In this document: positions 1-9,667 of the stretch, piece after piece | How positions within the stretch are numbered: position 1 is the first letter of the stretch | How the letters are laid out: the number at the start of each line of letters is the position of its first letter | From: Candidatus Nanohalarchaeota archaeon | Lineage (GTDB): Archaea; Nanohalarchaeota; Nanosalinia; Nanosalinales; Nanosalinaceae | Assembly (NCBI GenBank): GCA_022729235.1 | Contig: JALDAJ010000001.1 | Span: 1-64,000, forward strand | DNA length: 64,000 nucleotides | Direction of reading: 5' to 3' | Notes under the pieces: generated by a model | Databases searched by the model: none | Told to the model about the DNA's origin: nothing | Seen by the model: the letters and a program-made list of their open reading frames with translations, nothing else | Program-made: the position numbers and the translations under genes

Positions 1-1
1 G

Positions 2-2002
2 CTCTCCTTCGAGGTTGTCCGTGCCACGGATGTTGTAGAACGTGACGTCGATCTCGGTTCGTGTACCATCGAAGTACGTGCATCCCCATTGCCCTAACGT
101 GTCAATGTATCTCCATGGTTCGTCTCCTTCACAGTTGCCGTAGAAGCCACCGGTGAAAACGTCCTCGTCCTCCGCGATTTTGTCTCCCGTCACTTCACTT
201 ACGACTTCCTCCGACTGTTCACCGGCATTCGCTACACTCCAAGCTTCAAGGTACCCCTCCGGATCCTGATCTTCATAATCCGGCTCATAGCCTTCTACAC
301 CCGTCATACCCAGTGTAGTATAGCTTGCTTCATGGAACAATGATGTTGAACAGGATGTGAAGTACAAACCTGGCTCAATCTCATGTTGTTGACATGTCAA
401 ATATTTTGGAGAATCTGAAGAGTCCTCCTCCTTACCAACATGTGTGCTTCTATAGTACTCTTGCATTGCGCTGCGAAGAGTCTGGTAGTGTTTGTTGTCG
501 AAGCCCTCACCGTCTTCAACGTAGTCAGCAACGTTTTCACCTCCTCCTGTAGGTATGAACTCTTCTGGAGTATAGTATTCTGCTACAGGCATACCGTATA
601 CGTCGTCGCCTCCAAACTCCGGGGGATTGAACTCTTTGTACTCTGAAGAGTCGATGTCGGCACAGGCCGCCTTTCTGTCCTCGTCATCGAGGTAGTCGTT
701 ATGCCGGAAGGAGTCCTCATCTTCATCGTCGTAGTAACACCAGAAGGTTTCTGGTTCTTCGATGTCTAGAGGTTCATCGTCTTGGTCCGGGTAAGTACAT
801 TCATTCGAATCATCCTGGAATCCGTTGTACTTCACGATTTTCTCTCCATTCTCCTCTTCTATGATAGGCTCACAATCTCCGCTTGCTATCTCCATAGGGT
901 GACTTGTAGAGTCGCATTCGGAGTCAGGATTAGCGTCTCCACCGAAGTCTTCATGGTACCAGGATTCACCGTGATCAATCTGTCCGTCCCCGTCATGGTC
1001 AAGTCCTGAGTTGCACTCCTCTACAGTTTTCCAGGAGTCCCAATCACATTGGTAGAGCTGATCATCTGATTCCACAGTGAGAGGTACTTCTTCCCCAAAA
1101 CCGTTGTCCATCGTTACGCCGTCACGGCAGACAAAGAAGTAAGGACCCTGTTCTGAGTAAGCGCTCTCATCTCCGCTACTCTCGTAGTATTCCGGGTATG
1201 AGCCCACAACTATCTCTCCATCAGGAATATAGTCTCCAGAGGAGTGTAGCGGGCTTCTTGTTTCGATATCCCACGCTTCTTCAACGTCACCGTATATTAA
1301 TGGTTGATTTGGTATGCCGAACTCTGTCTCAAGAACATCACAAGTTGGTTCGTCTGAATCTTCACATTTTTCCTGCCACTCAGACTCATCTACGATATCT
1401 CTTAAACTGTTCTCGGCCATTCCTTCCTGTATTTCGAAGTAAACCTTGTCCGAGAACCAGTCCTCATTATGGTGCTGCACCATTATAGCAGGGGATTCAG
1501 AGACCTCAGGCGGAGACCCGAAGAAACCGTCATCTTCCCACTCATCATCCGTCAGCATGAAGTTTCTTAATACAGTCACATCATCATCAGATTCATCATC
1601 ACCATCATCACCAAATTCAATATCCAGATTCATATTCACGAGAAGGTATTCTGACCGGTGCGGATTCATGTTCCCAGCTTCATCAACTGTTAACATACCC
1701 GGTTCAAGCTGTCCGCCTTCACGACTCCAGACAGATATTTCGTGATTACCGTATCCGCACTCAAAGACTTCGGGAACAAGTTTCTCTTCTTCTACGCGGT
1801 ATTCCCCGTTTTCAAGTTCAATCCCTGTTTCAAAATCCCCACATATCTCTATGTCTACTTCATCAGGGCAATCATGGTCGCATGTACCCGTGATAGCGCT
1901 GTCAGAACCGTATTCTACCTGATTAAAAAACCAATCTGCCTGGGCAAATCCTACAAACAAGAAGATACAGATAACAGCTAAGACCGTCTTCTTGTGAAGC
2001 AT
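2..2002 (-). CDS. Large secreted acidic Cys-rich surface protein, partial (C-terminus beyond left edge)
   Basis: Hand-translated from ATG at 2002; not in ORF track. MLHKKTVLAVICIFLFVGFAQA resembles a signal peptide. Asp/Glu- and Cys-rich, with ECNSGLDHDGDGQIDH (DxDxDG Ca-binding-like). No stop seen in the parts I translated. Confidence 0.8.
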   Translation of the reverse strand, partial: MLHKKTVLAVICIFLFVGFAQADWFFNQVEYGSDSAITGTCDHDCPDEVDIEICGDFETGIELENGEYRVEEEKLVPEVFECGYGNHEISVWSREGGQLEPGMLTVDEAGNMNPHRSEYLLVNMNLDIEFGDDGDDESDDDVTVLRNFMLTDDEWEDDGFFGSPPEVSESPAIMVQHHNEDWFSDKVYFEIQEGMAENSLRDIVDESEWQEKCEDSDEPTCDVLETEFGIPNQPLIYGDVEEAWDIETRSPLHSSGDYIPDGEIVVGSYPEYYESSGDESAYSEQGPYFFVCRDGVTMDNGFGEEVPLTVESDDQLYQCDWDSWKTVEECNSGLDHDGDGQIDHGESWYHEDFGGDANPDSECDSTSHPMEIASGDCEPIIEEENGEKIVKYNGFQDDSNECTYPDQDDEPLDIEEPETFWCYYDDEDEDSFRHNDYLDDEDRKAACADIDSSEYKEFNPPEFGGDDVYGMPVAEYYTPEEFIPTGGGENVADYVEDGEGFDNKHYQTLRSAMQEYYRSTHVGKEEDSSDSPKYLTCQQHEIEPGLYFTSCSTSLFHEASYTTLGMTGVEGYEPDYEDQDPEGYLEAWSVANAGEQSEEVVSEVTGDKIAEDEDVFTGGFYGNCEGDEPWRYIDTLGQWGCTYFDGTRTEIDVTFYNIRGTDNLEGE

Positions 2003-2059
2003 AACCAAAACTTGGGATAACCTGTTTTTATTTGTAGTGCAAGAACGGGGAGGAAAAGG

Positions 2060-3325
2060 TTACCGTGCAAGGCTCCAGTAGTAGGAGGCGGCGACTTCTT
2101 CGAGGTGTGACTGGTCGGGTCCGCCCATGATGCTCATGAGCCCCATGTAGGAGACGTCCTCGTCCTCCTGTTCCTCGTATTCCTTCCAGTATTTCTGGAG
2201 CTTGCTGTGGATTCCCGAGGTTTCTCCGCGGTTGTTTCCTACTCCGCAGGTGTTTCCTACACCGATTACCGCGACAGGTCCGTCGAACTCGGACGCGATT
2301 TCCTCGACTTTTTCGACCGCTTCATCCCATGCCTCGTATATCTCTTTCTTCATCGGTTTCGAGGCTTCTGGAGGCGACATCTTGATGACGATGCCTTCGA
2401 GCGGAACATTGTGTGAGGTTGCTGCTTCCTCTATCTTCGATTTTTCTACGCCTGGTCCGCCCATCATGACGCCGACTCCTTCCGAGACCGCGCCTGTTTC
2501 TTCTCCTTCGAACTTGGCTGCCGCGTCTACGGTGATTACTGCTTCGAGGTCATTCTCCTCTGCTACTTCGTCTACAGCGTCACCGTATTTTCCTAGACGT
2601 GCGCCGGGTCCGTTGGATTTGATGACGTGGACTTCCTGTCCGTCCAGGTCCTCTTCTGAATGCATGATGTCCTCCGCGGCTTCTTCCGCGTCGCCTGAAA
2701 TCATCTTCGCGGCAACCATCGGTCCTATCGCGTCGCCGATAGGTGCGCCGTCTACAAATGCACGGGTCGCGTCTTTCTGCGCCTCCGCGATTTCAGAGTA
2801 AATCGGTAGCATCATCTGGATGAGACCGATGAGCTGGAAAGTTCTTGTCTTATTGATAAGCTGTTTGAAGTGTCTTAGTACCTTGTATATCTGGTGAGTC
2901 CCCATGACTCCTTTGAACGCCATGTTGAGGTTGGCGAGTTCTTCTTCATCCTCTGTTTCCGCGTTTTTTTCGACGAACCGGTCGAACTTGTCCTCTGATG
3001 CGTCGAGAACGTTTTCCATCTTGGCGACCATGCCGGCAGGGTCCATAGCGGTCGGTGCGGAGAGTTTGAAGTCTCTCATCGACCTGTATTTCTTCCGGAA
3101 GCCTTCATCCATGCTTTTCCCGAGGTTGTCGAGGAAGTAAGCTTCTGCGTCGTTCCTGTAGGAGTCAAGCTCCACCATCTTGGTCTTGAGTTTTCGGTTG
3201 GTCTGCCAGAGCATCAGTCGCGGGAAGAACAGTATCAGTGCGATGAACAGTAGCGATATCAGTGTTTGCACTATTAGGAACCAGCTGAATTCCTGTCCGC
3301 TTGGAAAGAAGCCTGGTAAGACCAT
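2060..3325 (-). CDS. DUF1512 family protein
   Basis: N-terminal TM helix; PIGDAIGPMVA, GPGARLGK, ITVDAA and GVGNTCGVGN motifs; start reassigned to MVLPG. Confidence 0.75.
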   Translation of the reverse strand: MVLPGFFPSGQEFSWFLIVQTLISLLFIALILFFPRLMLWQTNRKLKTKMVELDSYRNDAEAYFLDNLGKSMDEGFRKKYRSMRDFKLSAPTAMDPAGMVAKMENVLDASEDKFDRFVEKNAETEDEEELANLNMAFKGVMGTHQIYKVLRHFKQLINKTRTFQLIGLIQMMLPIYSEIAEAQKDATRAFVDGAPIGDAIGPMVAAKMISGDAEEAAEDIMHSEEDLDGQEVHVIKSNGPGARLGKYGDAVDEVAEENDLEAVITVDAAAKFEGEETGAVSEGVGVMMGGPGVEKSKIEEAATSHNVPLEGIVIKMSPPEASKPMKKEIYEAWDEAVEKVEEIASEFDGPVAVIGVGNTCGVGNNRGETSGIHSKLQKYWKEYEEQEDEDVSYMGLMSIMGGPDQSHLEEVAASYYWSLAR

Positions 3326-3460
3326 ACGAAATGTAGTCGGTATCCATCTTTTTAACTTCCATTGCCCCGCCGGGTTCATGTCTCATATAACCCTCCAAGA
3401 GTTCCAGAGTACGCCGGGGAACAGGTAATTCTTAAGAACCTGCCAGAAGCAACAATTCAA

Positions 3461-3793
3461 GTGGATTTATCTCAGAAATTAAAGGAAAAATTAACCGAGT
3501 ATAATTCGGATGAATTCCACATAGATGAACATGCGATTCGGAGATGTGAGGATTATCGGAACCTGGACGTGGAGGATGTACTGAACAGGTTAAAGAAATA
3601 CAAGTTCTCTCGTGTTGTGAAGAACGATTCCAAGAAGCATACGTTGCAACAATATGAAAGTTATAAAGTTAGAATACCCAAAAGCAACAAGTATGTTTAC
3701 GAAGCGGTGTTATACCTGACACCGGATAAACCGCTTATAAAAACCGTCTCAAAGCTTAATAATAAGGCTCAAGAAGTGATTGATGATGTCTAA
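3461..3793 (+). CDS. Putative DUF4258/RelE-like RNase toxin
   Basis: FHIDEHAIRRC...IKTV pattern; probable GTG start at 3461; overlaps a DUF2283 gene. Confidence 0.6.
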   Translation: MDLSQKLKEKLTEYNSDEFHIDEHAIRRCEDYRNLDVEDVLNRLKKYKFSRVVKNDSKKHTLQQYESYKVRIPKSNKYVYEAVLYLTPDKPLIKTVSKLNNKAQEVIDDV

Positions 3794-4130
3794 CATGGAA
3801 ACTCGATATGATCTGGATAGTGACTGTCTTACTGTAAAAGAAGAAAAAGACATCAAACAGTCGATTAGTTTGGGAAATATGACGGTAGATCTTGATTCTC
3901 AAGGAAGAGTAATCGGTATACAGCTTTTGAATGCTTCTGAAATAATCCGCTTCTCTGAAGAAGTTACTGATCCTGTTTCCTTCCTGAAAAATATTGATAA
4001 GACCAATCTGGAGCATCGATGGTTCGAGGATGGTAGCCTAGTTGTAACCGTTGAAATCTTCCAAGAAAGAGAAGATATGGTTCAGGAAGGCGTTATCAAC
4101 AGTACAGCACCTGCAGTCGGACTAGCCTAA
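3783..4130 (+). CDS. DUF2283 family putative antitoxin
   Basis: YDLDSDCL...VDLDSQGRVIGIQLLNAS matches the DUF2283 pattern. Confidence 0.75.
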   Translation: MMSNMETRYDLDSDCLTVKEEKDIKQSISLGNMTVDLDSQGRVIGIQLLNASEIIRFSEEVTDPVSFLKNIDKTNLEHRWFEDGSLVVTVEIFQEREDMVQEGVINSTAPAVGLA

Positions 4131-4147
4131 AATTACGGACTGTCCTT

Positions 4148-4717
4148 TTAGCTGTCCAAAAACTCTTTCAGTTCGCCTATGATCCTGTCCATCTTATCCC
4201 TGGAGGGATTACCCTGGATCACTGTTTCGGCAACCGTTTCGGGGAGGGTCTCCTCCAGCTTCTGCTTCTGTCCTTTAGTCATTCCCTCCGACTCCCTGTC
4301 CCTCAGTTCATACATCACTATCGCAGCTGCGTGGCTCTGGTTAAGTGATGCGTACTCTGAGGTGATGATATGTGTGACTGCGTCACAGAGTTCAAGTTGT
4401 TCGTTTGTGAGCCCGGAGCTTTCCGGTCCTATCATTACAGAGGTATTGTCCCGTGGCTCGACCTTTGAGACTTCAACGCCTTTCCCGGGTTTGGTTCCTA
4501 CAACGTAGTCTAGGTCTTCAACCGCTTCTTCCACCGTATCGTATATCCTTGCCTCACGCAGTTTCTCCTGCGCCCGTGACGCGGTTTTCCGGGCTTCTTC
4601 AAGGTTGAACCCGGGTTTGACGATGCGTAGAGAAAAGTCGAAGTTTCCGCAGAGCCTTGCGATGAATCCCGTGTTCTCCGGGTTTTCCGGTTCCACGACT
4701 ACTACAGATCTCATCAC
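4148..4717 (-). CDS. SPOUT RNA methyltransferase, TrmJ/TrmH family
   Basis: VEPENPENTGFIAR, GPESSGLTNEQL, SLNQSHAAAI motifs. Confidence 0.88.
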   Translation of the reverse strand: MMRSVVVVEPENPENTGFIARLCGNFDFSLRIVKPGFNLEEARKTASRAQEKLREARIYDTVEEAVEDLDYVVGTKPGKGVEVSKVEPRDNTSVMIGPESSGLTNEQLELCDAVTHIITSEYASLNQSHAAAIVMYELRDRESEGMTKGQKQKLEETLPETVAETVIQGNPSRDKMDRIIGELKEFLDS

Positions 4718-4770
4718 ACCGAGTGTCTTGTGATTAAACCTTTATATCGGGGCTTCACTCAAGTTTTCTC

Positions 4771-5448
4771 ATGATAGACGGGCGTATAATGGCTGCGGTC
4801 CTGGCTTCACTTGCGGCGGTTGCTGCTGCGATAAGTGGCGGAGGTTTCAGCGCAGACCAGGTGAAGGAGAGCACGGTAAGTGCGCCGGGTGAGTTCTCGT
4901 TCAATGATTTGATGCCGGAGTCCCTGAGTGCTCTTGAACGGTTCTTTGAGAACCCGGAGCCGGAGAGTGAGATGAAAGCAGTTCTTGTTTCAAGTAACCT
5001 TGACGGTGAGAGTTTCAGGGTTACTGATACACGTGTGCATGCCTCTAATTTCTCGCGGATGGAACTGTCCGGGAAAACGCTGGAGTCTGACGACGATATA
5101 GAGCTTTACGGCTTCACCGGCGAAGTTATGCCCGGTAATACCACCGAGTTAAGCGGTATGAGTAACGGGCTGTTGACCAGCGGAGTTAATGTGTCCGGCG
5201 GGTTGAATACTCACCAGGAGCTCGAGACAGGTAGACTGGATCTTGAAGGTGTTGAACGGTCCAGGTTCGAGATGCAGGCATCCGGTGAAATCGAGTCAGC
5301 AGGTAGCTCGACAGAAATCAGGGATGCCCGCAGGGTGAGCATCGATTCTTTCTCGGGTGATATACGGATATATCCAGGAAACTCGACCATCGTCCTCGAT
5401 GGCATGGTACATGAGCTGGAGTCAGGCGACTTCAGTTTCGGCGGTTAG
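4771..5448 (+). CDS. Exported or membrane-anchored hypothetical protein
   Basis: Hydrophobic N-terminus; acidic, beta-rich body; TTTATAT box upstream. Confidence 0.65.
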   Translation: MIDGRIMAAVLASLAAVAAAISGGGFSADQVKESTVSAPGEFSFNDLMPESLSALERFFENPEPESEMKAVLVSSNLDGESFRVTDTRVHASNFSRMELSGKTLESDDDIELYGFTGEVMPGNTTELSGMSNGLLTSGVNVSGGLNTHQELETGRLDLEGVERSRFEMQASGEIESAGSSTEIRDARRVSIDSFSGDIRIYPGNSTIVLDGMVHELESGDFSFGG

Positions 5449-5507
5449 TTGAGGATTTTAGTTTCTGTCTTCACGACAACACGATCTGCGTACAGGGCAA
5501 ATCGCCT

Positions 5508-5558
5508 TATGCGACAGAGAAAGGTTTCAAAGTAGTCAACTAACAAGCATTGCATGAT
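5508..5558 (+). repeat. 51-bp direct repeat, copy 1
   Basis: TATGCGACAGAGAAAGGTTTCAAAGTAGTCAACTAACAAGCATTGCATGAT; 49/51 identical to 6326-6376. Confidence 0.92.
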
Positions 5559-5762
5559 TCAAAATAGTGCGGTCTCCCATCCTGATGTTATTAGGGAGCA
5601 GGCAACTTCTGAGCTTACCAAGCAAGTGGTTGAACGGACGAGTTGTATTACAAAACAGCTAGTATAACCGGATAAACAGGGTTAATGTAATACGATTCTG
5701 TATGTGTGGGTTGAAGTTATAAGTTTGTAGCGTTAAAACCAGACTATTAGGTGAATAGGTTA

Positions 5763-5903
5763 ATGGGTATTGTTGCGTCTGATATTGCTGGTCTTTCAGG
5801 TAGGAAGGAGAAGAATCTTGGTGATAGAATTTATGCTTCAATGGTTGATGAGGATTTAGATTCTGTTGAAGAAGTCCGTAAGTTGAGGGAAAGAAGTGAA
5901 TGA
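5763..5903 (+). CDS. Small VapB-like antitoxin (46 aa, not in ORF track)
   Basis: MGIVASDIAG...DLDSVEEVRKLRERSE; GGTGA SD upstream; stop overlaps vapC start (ATGA). Confidence 0.7.
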   Translation: MGIVASDIAGLSGRKEKNLGDRIYASMVDEDLDSVEEVRKLRERSE

Positions 5904-6295
5904 GGCTGTTCATTGATACAAATGTTTTTGTAGCAGCTGTAGTAGGTGAGGAAGAAAGATCTGGCATTGCGCGAGAACTACTTAATCAGGAAGGAGAGTT
6001 CTACACTTCTGTGCTTAACTTGATGGAGCTTCGGTCCGTTCTTTCGAAAAGTAAAGGTTTCAGTAGAGATAAGTTGGAAGATGTTGAGCAGGAGATAGTT
6101 GAGGGTGTAGACGTTGTTATCCCTGATTCTTCAGATTTTGTAGATGCTAATACTATGCAGGCGGAGAATCTTCTTTATCCTTTTGATGCAGTGATTTTTA
6201 CGCTGTCAGAGGTACATGATGCTGAGTTAGTAAGTTTTGATTCAGAACTTATTGATAAAGGAGCTACAGCTCCTGAAGAATTAGTTGATATCTAG
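5900..6295 (+). CDS. vapC: VapC family PIN-domain toxin
   Basis: FIDTNVF, ME, FDAVI and VSFD acidic PIN residues. Confidence 0.9.
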   Translation: MRLFIDTNVFVAAVVGEEERSGIARELLNQEGEFYTSVLNLMELRSVLSKSKGFSRDKLEDVEQEIVEGVDVVIPDSSDFVDANTMQAENLLYPFDAVIFTLSEVHDAELVSFDSELIDKGATAPEELVDI

Positions 6296-6325
6296 ATTTC
6301 CTCCGATATTAAGCAGCAAATCATG

Positions 6326-6376
6326 TATGCGACAGAGAAAGGTTTCAAAGTAGTCAACTACCAAGCGTTGCATGAT
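6326..6376 (+). repeat. 51-bp direct repeat, copy 2
   Basis: TATGCGACAGAGAAAGGTTTCAAAGTAGTCAACTACCAAGCGTTGCATGAT. Confidence 0.92.
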
Positions 6377-6440
6377 GCAGAATTCCGGTCCTCAAGGATA
6401 GATGATAGTGAGGAAGATAGATGAGAGGGTTTAAGAATTA

Positions 6441-6935
6441 TTAGGTGTTATCCGGTTCATCTTTTTTCCCGACCTTGTCAAGTACGACATCTTTCACGTC
6501 CTTGGGATTCTTATCTTCTCCACCGTGTTCGTCACTGCTACTTCTCTCGCTTGACTCCCTGAGCTTGTAGAGCTTGTATCTTTTTCTAGCGTACCTGTAT
6601 CCTCTCCTGCCCACCGTGACTGGTACTGACACCAGTAACTTGGCGAAGTGGTACGGCACTCCCAGGACAGTTGACGCTATCGAGTATACTGAGGCAAGGA
6701 AGCTGTATGCCATGTAGAGTGTCGCGCCCAGGAATGCGAACAGCAGTACGCGTTCAGCCGTCAGGGGGAACCCGAACAGGTAAACCAGTGAGGTGTAAAA
6801 CGCCGCTGATATCACTGATGCAAGTACTGTTTCGAATACCATCTGCATTATCTTGAACGCGATTACAAACGCAAGGATGAGAAGGATGAGAAGTATTACG
6901 CTCAAAGCCTCGGCTCCAAGCAGTTCCAGGGGCAC
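6441..6935 (-). CDS. Hypothetical membrane protein
   Basis: Three to four hydrophobic helices and a charged tail. Confidence 0.7.
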   Translation of the reverse strand: MPLELLGAEALSVILLILLILAFVIAFKIMQMVFETVLASVISAAFYTSLVYLFGFPLTAERVLLFAFLGATLYMAYSFLASVYSIASTVLGVPYHFAKLLVSVPVTVGRRGYRYARKRYKLYKLRESSERSSSDEHGGEDKNPKDVKDVVLDKVGKKDEPDNT

Positions 6936-6938
6936 GAT

Positions 6939-9635
6939 TCATCCCCCCGAGTTGTAGAGCGGGTCGCCTTCTTCCGGTATTATCGAGGTGTATGCCACGA
7001 ATCCTGCAAGTATCAGTACAAATACCGCGGCTATAATCGGTAGGAAGGGTATCCCTCCTTCAGTTTCACCGTCTCCCGGGCCCCGGGTTATCTGGCTTTC
7101 GATACGGTCAACGTCACCGCTGATCCGGTTGTAAATCTGTTCAGCTTCTTCATAGTTCTCCTGGTTGTATTCAGAGGTTACATCCGAAACTTCTATCTGC
7201 AGAGATTCCAGGTCTGATAGGAGTTCCTCATCATCCGTACTCCTCTCCAGATCCGTTATACGTGTTGAAAGTGTATCCGCCTGCTGAGAGTAGTCTGGTA
7301 CAGGGTCGGCGCTGACTGAGATGTCTTCCTCCACGTCACCGAAGTCAGTTACCGCGGTTACAGTAACCGTCCCGGATTCCGAATCTATGTCCGTGAACGA
7401 TAACTCAACTGACTCGGTCTCTCCGGCTGTTACAGATACTGAGTCGGTACTGACAGAGTATTCAATTGAGGAAACTTCAAGTTCAGTTATCTCAACCTCA
7501 CCCGTATTTTCAACATCGATTTCCCTCGTTTCAGAGCTGCCGGATGGCAGGTAGCCCAGGTCAATCGAGCCGGTAGTATCCAGTCCGGTCTCCGTGGACT
7601 CGACTTCTGACTCCATGTCCGTGTTAAGCCTCAGTTCGTCACCGCCGTTTTCAAACATTATCTCTCCTGTGAAGTTTCCTGGCGCGGTAAACGAGTAGTT
7701 CATCGTTACTTGCTGTGTGTCGTTGACATGGTCCAGGTCGAAGCTTGAAGGTACCAGTTCGAGGTAGGAAGATACGTCTCCTGTTACCTCCGTTGATATA
7801 GAGGTTGTAGTATCGTTTTCACCAAGGTATATCAGGTCCGCGTACCTTGTTATGTGTCCTCTTTCCTCTCTAGTAACGTTAACCCAGGTTTCTTCGCCTG
7901 TGAGGCATAGTGTCCCGTTTCTGACGTCACAGCTAGGCGCATCTATAACTACATCGATGGTATCCTCGTAATCCACATCAGCGTCCATAAGCGTTATTTC
8001 ACCGGTGTAAATATCGACACTGGTTACGTTGAACTCTACTGGGACTTCTAGATCGCCGTCACCAGGAAGTTCGATAACCTCTCCTTCATTAACCTCTACG
8101 ATATCCGAAATGTCCTCCGAGACCTCGGTCTCGATAGTCCTGTCGGAAGAAGAACGGCTCTCCAGGGTCACGTTTCTATTGTATACCGCGGACTTGTTAG
8201 CCTCGAAGTCGATGTCCTCCGTTATGTTGAAAGTAGCCTCGATATCCTCAACCTTGAAGGTCGACCCGAGGGTTTTCCTTTCCAGGTGGTTGTTGTAGGC
8301 GACCACGTCGAGGCTATAGGACCCTGGTTCTGCATCGCTCGGAATATTTACAGGGTTTGTGAACAGCCCCAGGTTTTCGTTGTATTCCATATCATCCAGG
8401 TTGAAAGAATCAAACTGTGATCCGTCAGAGTCATTGATTTCTATGGAAGCATTCTTGAATCTTGTCGAGTTCAGGGATTCACCGGACACATACTTCGAGA
8501 AGAGCAGTCTTACCTCGTAGTCATCTCCCTGGTATGCCTTGGCAGAGCCCCTGTCGTCGAGATCATACGAACGAGAAGTTACGTTCCACGTGGCTATGTC
8601 TTGCCTGTCATCGTTCGTGGCGTTGTACCTAAGTGTGACACGGTCTTTGTACTCCGATACGTTAACATCCGGGAAAGTAAAGCTTCCTTCCCAAATATTT
8701 TCTTCCTCCTCCGATAGCTCGATGCTTTCTTCCTCCACCCATTCCCCTGTTTCTAATTCCTCGAGAATGACGTCAAGTTCGACTTTCTCAGCCTCTGAAG
8801 CTGTTATCTCGAACTCAGTGTCGATCTCCGTATCCCGCTCGCATTCCGTGAAGAACTGTTCTCCGCTTTCAGGATCTTCGCAGCCGGAGCCTGCCTCAAG
8901 AACCGCTATCTCTCCTTCTACGGAAGGGTAAGTTTCAACTATAACGGAAGTAGAGCCGAACGGGTTATCATAGCCACCGTTCGTACCTTCCGCCTCGATG
9001 TGTGCTACATAAGTAGTATTCGATTTTTCAGGCAGGTTAATACTGAGATGGTGTACCTCATCATCCTGCGAATAACCGAGCCGGTGGCTGCTTGAAGTCC
9101 ACGTACCGTTTGTGAAGTAAACATCCACATTTCCGTCTTCTTCATCTACTATACTGTTAAACCATTCATTCATGACTTCGACCCTGAAATCTTTATCGCT
9201 TCCAGCCGTGTGTTTACCGGAAAGGTCCGTCTGGAGGTCGACAGTAAGGTTTCCTATATCGATCTCCTCGGTCTCATTTATAGATGAGTCGTCGAGCCGG
9301 TACATTATCATTCCCGGGTCGTAGACCGGTTCAAAGTCGGCGTACCAGTAACCTTCGACTAGGTGCTCCATTTCACCTTCTATCTCGTCTGCATCCCCGT
9401 CATTTGTGTGGTTGTAGGTGAAGGCAGGATCCAGAGTGCTCTCCTGCATCTCTTGGTTGTCGATAGGTTGGTCGTTGCTGTCAGTGATTTCGACTATCTG
9501 TTTTGTCTCTGTCTCATTAGAAAGCTTGTCAAGGCTTATCGGCTCGTCCTGGATCTCTATACTCCACTGGGCAACCGCCATAGACGATAGGAAAAGTACC
9601 ATACAGAGAAAAATTGCTGCACCTCTGTTTTTCAT
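6939..9635 (-). CDS. Large cell-surface glycoprotein with Ig-like modules and a C-terminal membrane anchor
   Basis: Signal peptide, many N-x-S/T sequons, beta-rich modules (e.g. IDVENTGEVEI), coiled segment, C-terminal TM helix. Confidence 0.8.
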   Translation of the reverse strand: MKNRGAAIFLCMVLFLSSMAVAQWSIEIQDEPISLDKLSNETETKQIVEITDSNDQPIDNQEMQESTLDPAFTYNHTNDGDADEIEGEMEHLVEGYWYADFEPVYDPGMIMYRLDDSSINETEEIDIGNLTVDLQTDLSGKHTAGSDKDFRVEVMNEWFNSIVDEEDGNVDVYFTNGTWTSSSHRLGYSQDDEVHHLSINLPEKSNTTYVAHIEAEGTNGGYDNPFGSTSVIVETYPSVEGEIAVLEAGSGCEDPESGEQFFTECERDTEIDTEFEITASEAEKVELDVILEELETGEWVEEESIELSEEEENIWEGSFTFPDVNVSEYKDRVTLRYNATNDDRQDIATWNVTSRSYDLDDRGSAKAYQGDDYEVRLLFSKYVSGESLNSTRFKNASIEINDSDGSQFDSFNLDDMEYNENLGLFTNPVNIPSDAEPGSYSLDVVAYNNHLERKTLGSTFKVEDIEATFNITEDIDFEANKSAVYNRNVTLESRSSSDRTIETEVSEDISDIVEVNEGEVIELPGDGDLEVPVEFNVTSVDIYTGEITLMDADVDYEDTIDVVIDAPSCDVRNGTLCLTGEETWVNVTREERGHITRYADLIYLGENDTTTSISTEVTGDVSSYLELVPSSFDLDHVNDTQQVTMNYSFTAPGNFTGEIMFENGGDELRLNTDMESEVESTETGLDTTGSIDLGYLPSGSSETREIDVENTGEVEITELEVSSIEYSVSTDSVSVTAGETESVELSFTDIDSESGTVTVTAVTDFGDVEEDISVSADPVPDYSQQADTLSTRITDLERSTDDEELLSDLESLQIEVSDVTSEYNQENYEEAEQIYNRISGDVDRIESQITRGPGDGETEGGIPFLPIIAAVFVLILAGFVAYTSIIPEEGDPLYNSGG

Positions 9636-9667
9636 ACAATTGAAGTTCGCCTCCTCTGTATAAAAAG

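Noticed and set aside
1580-1615. TCATCA-type short tandem repeats
   Set aside because: They encode the DDGDDESDDD acidic tract of the surface protein.
440-1981. Plus-strand ORFs 440, 782, 1198, 1446 and 1742
   Set aside because: They are antisense shadows of the large minus-strand gene; their Ser-rich translations mirror Asp/Glu codons.
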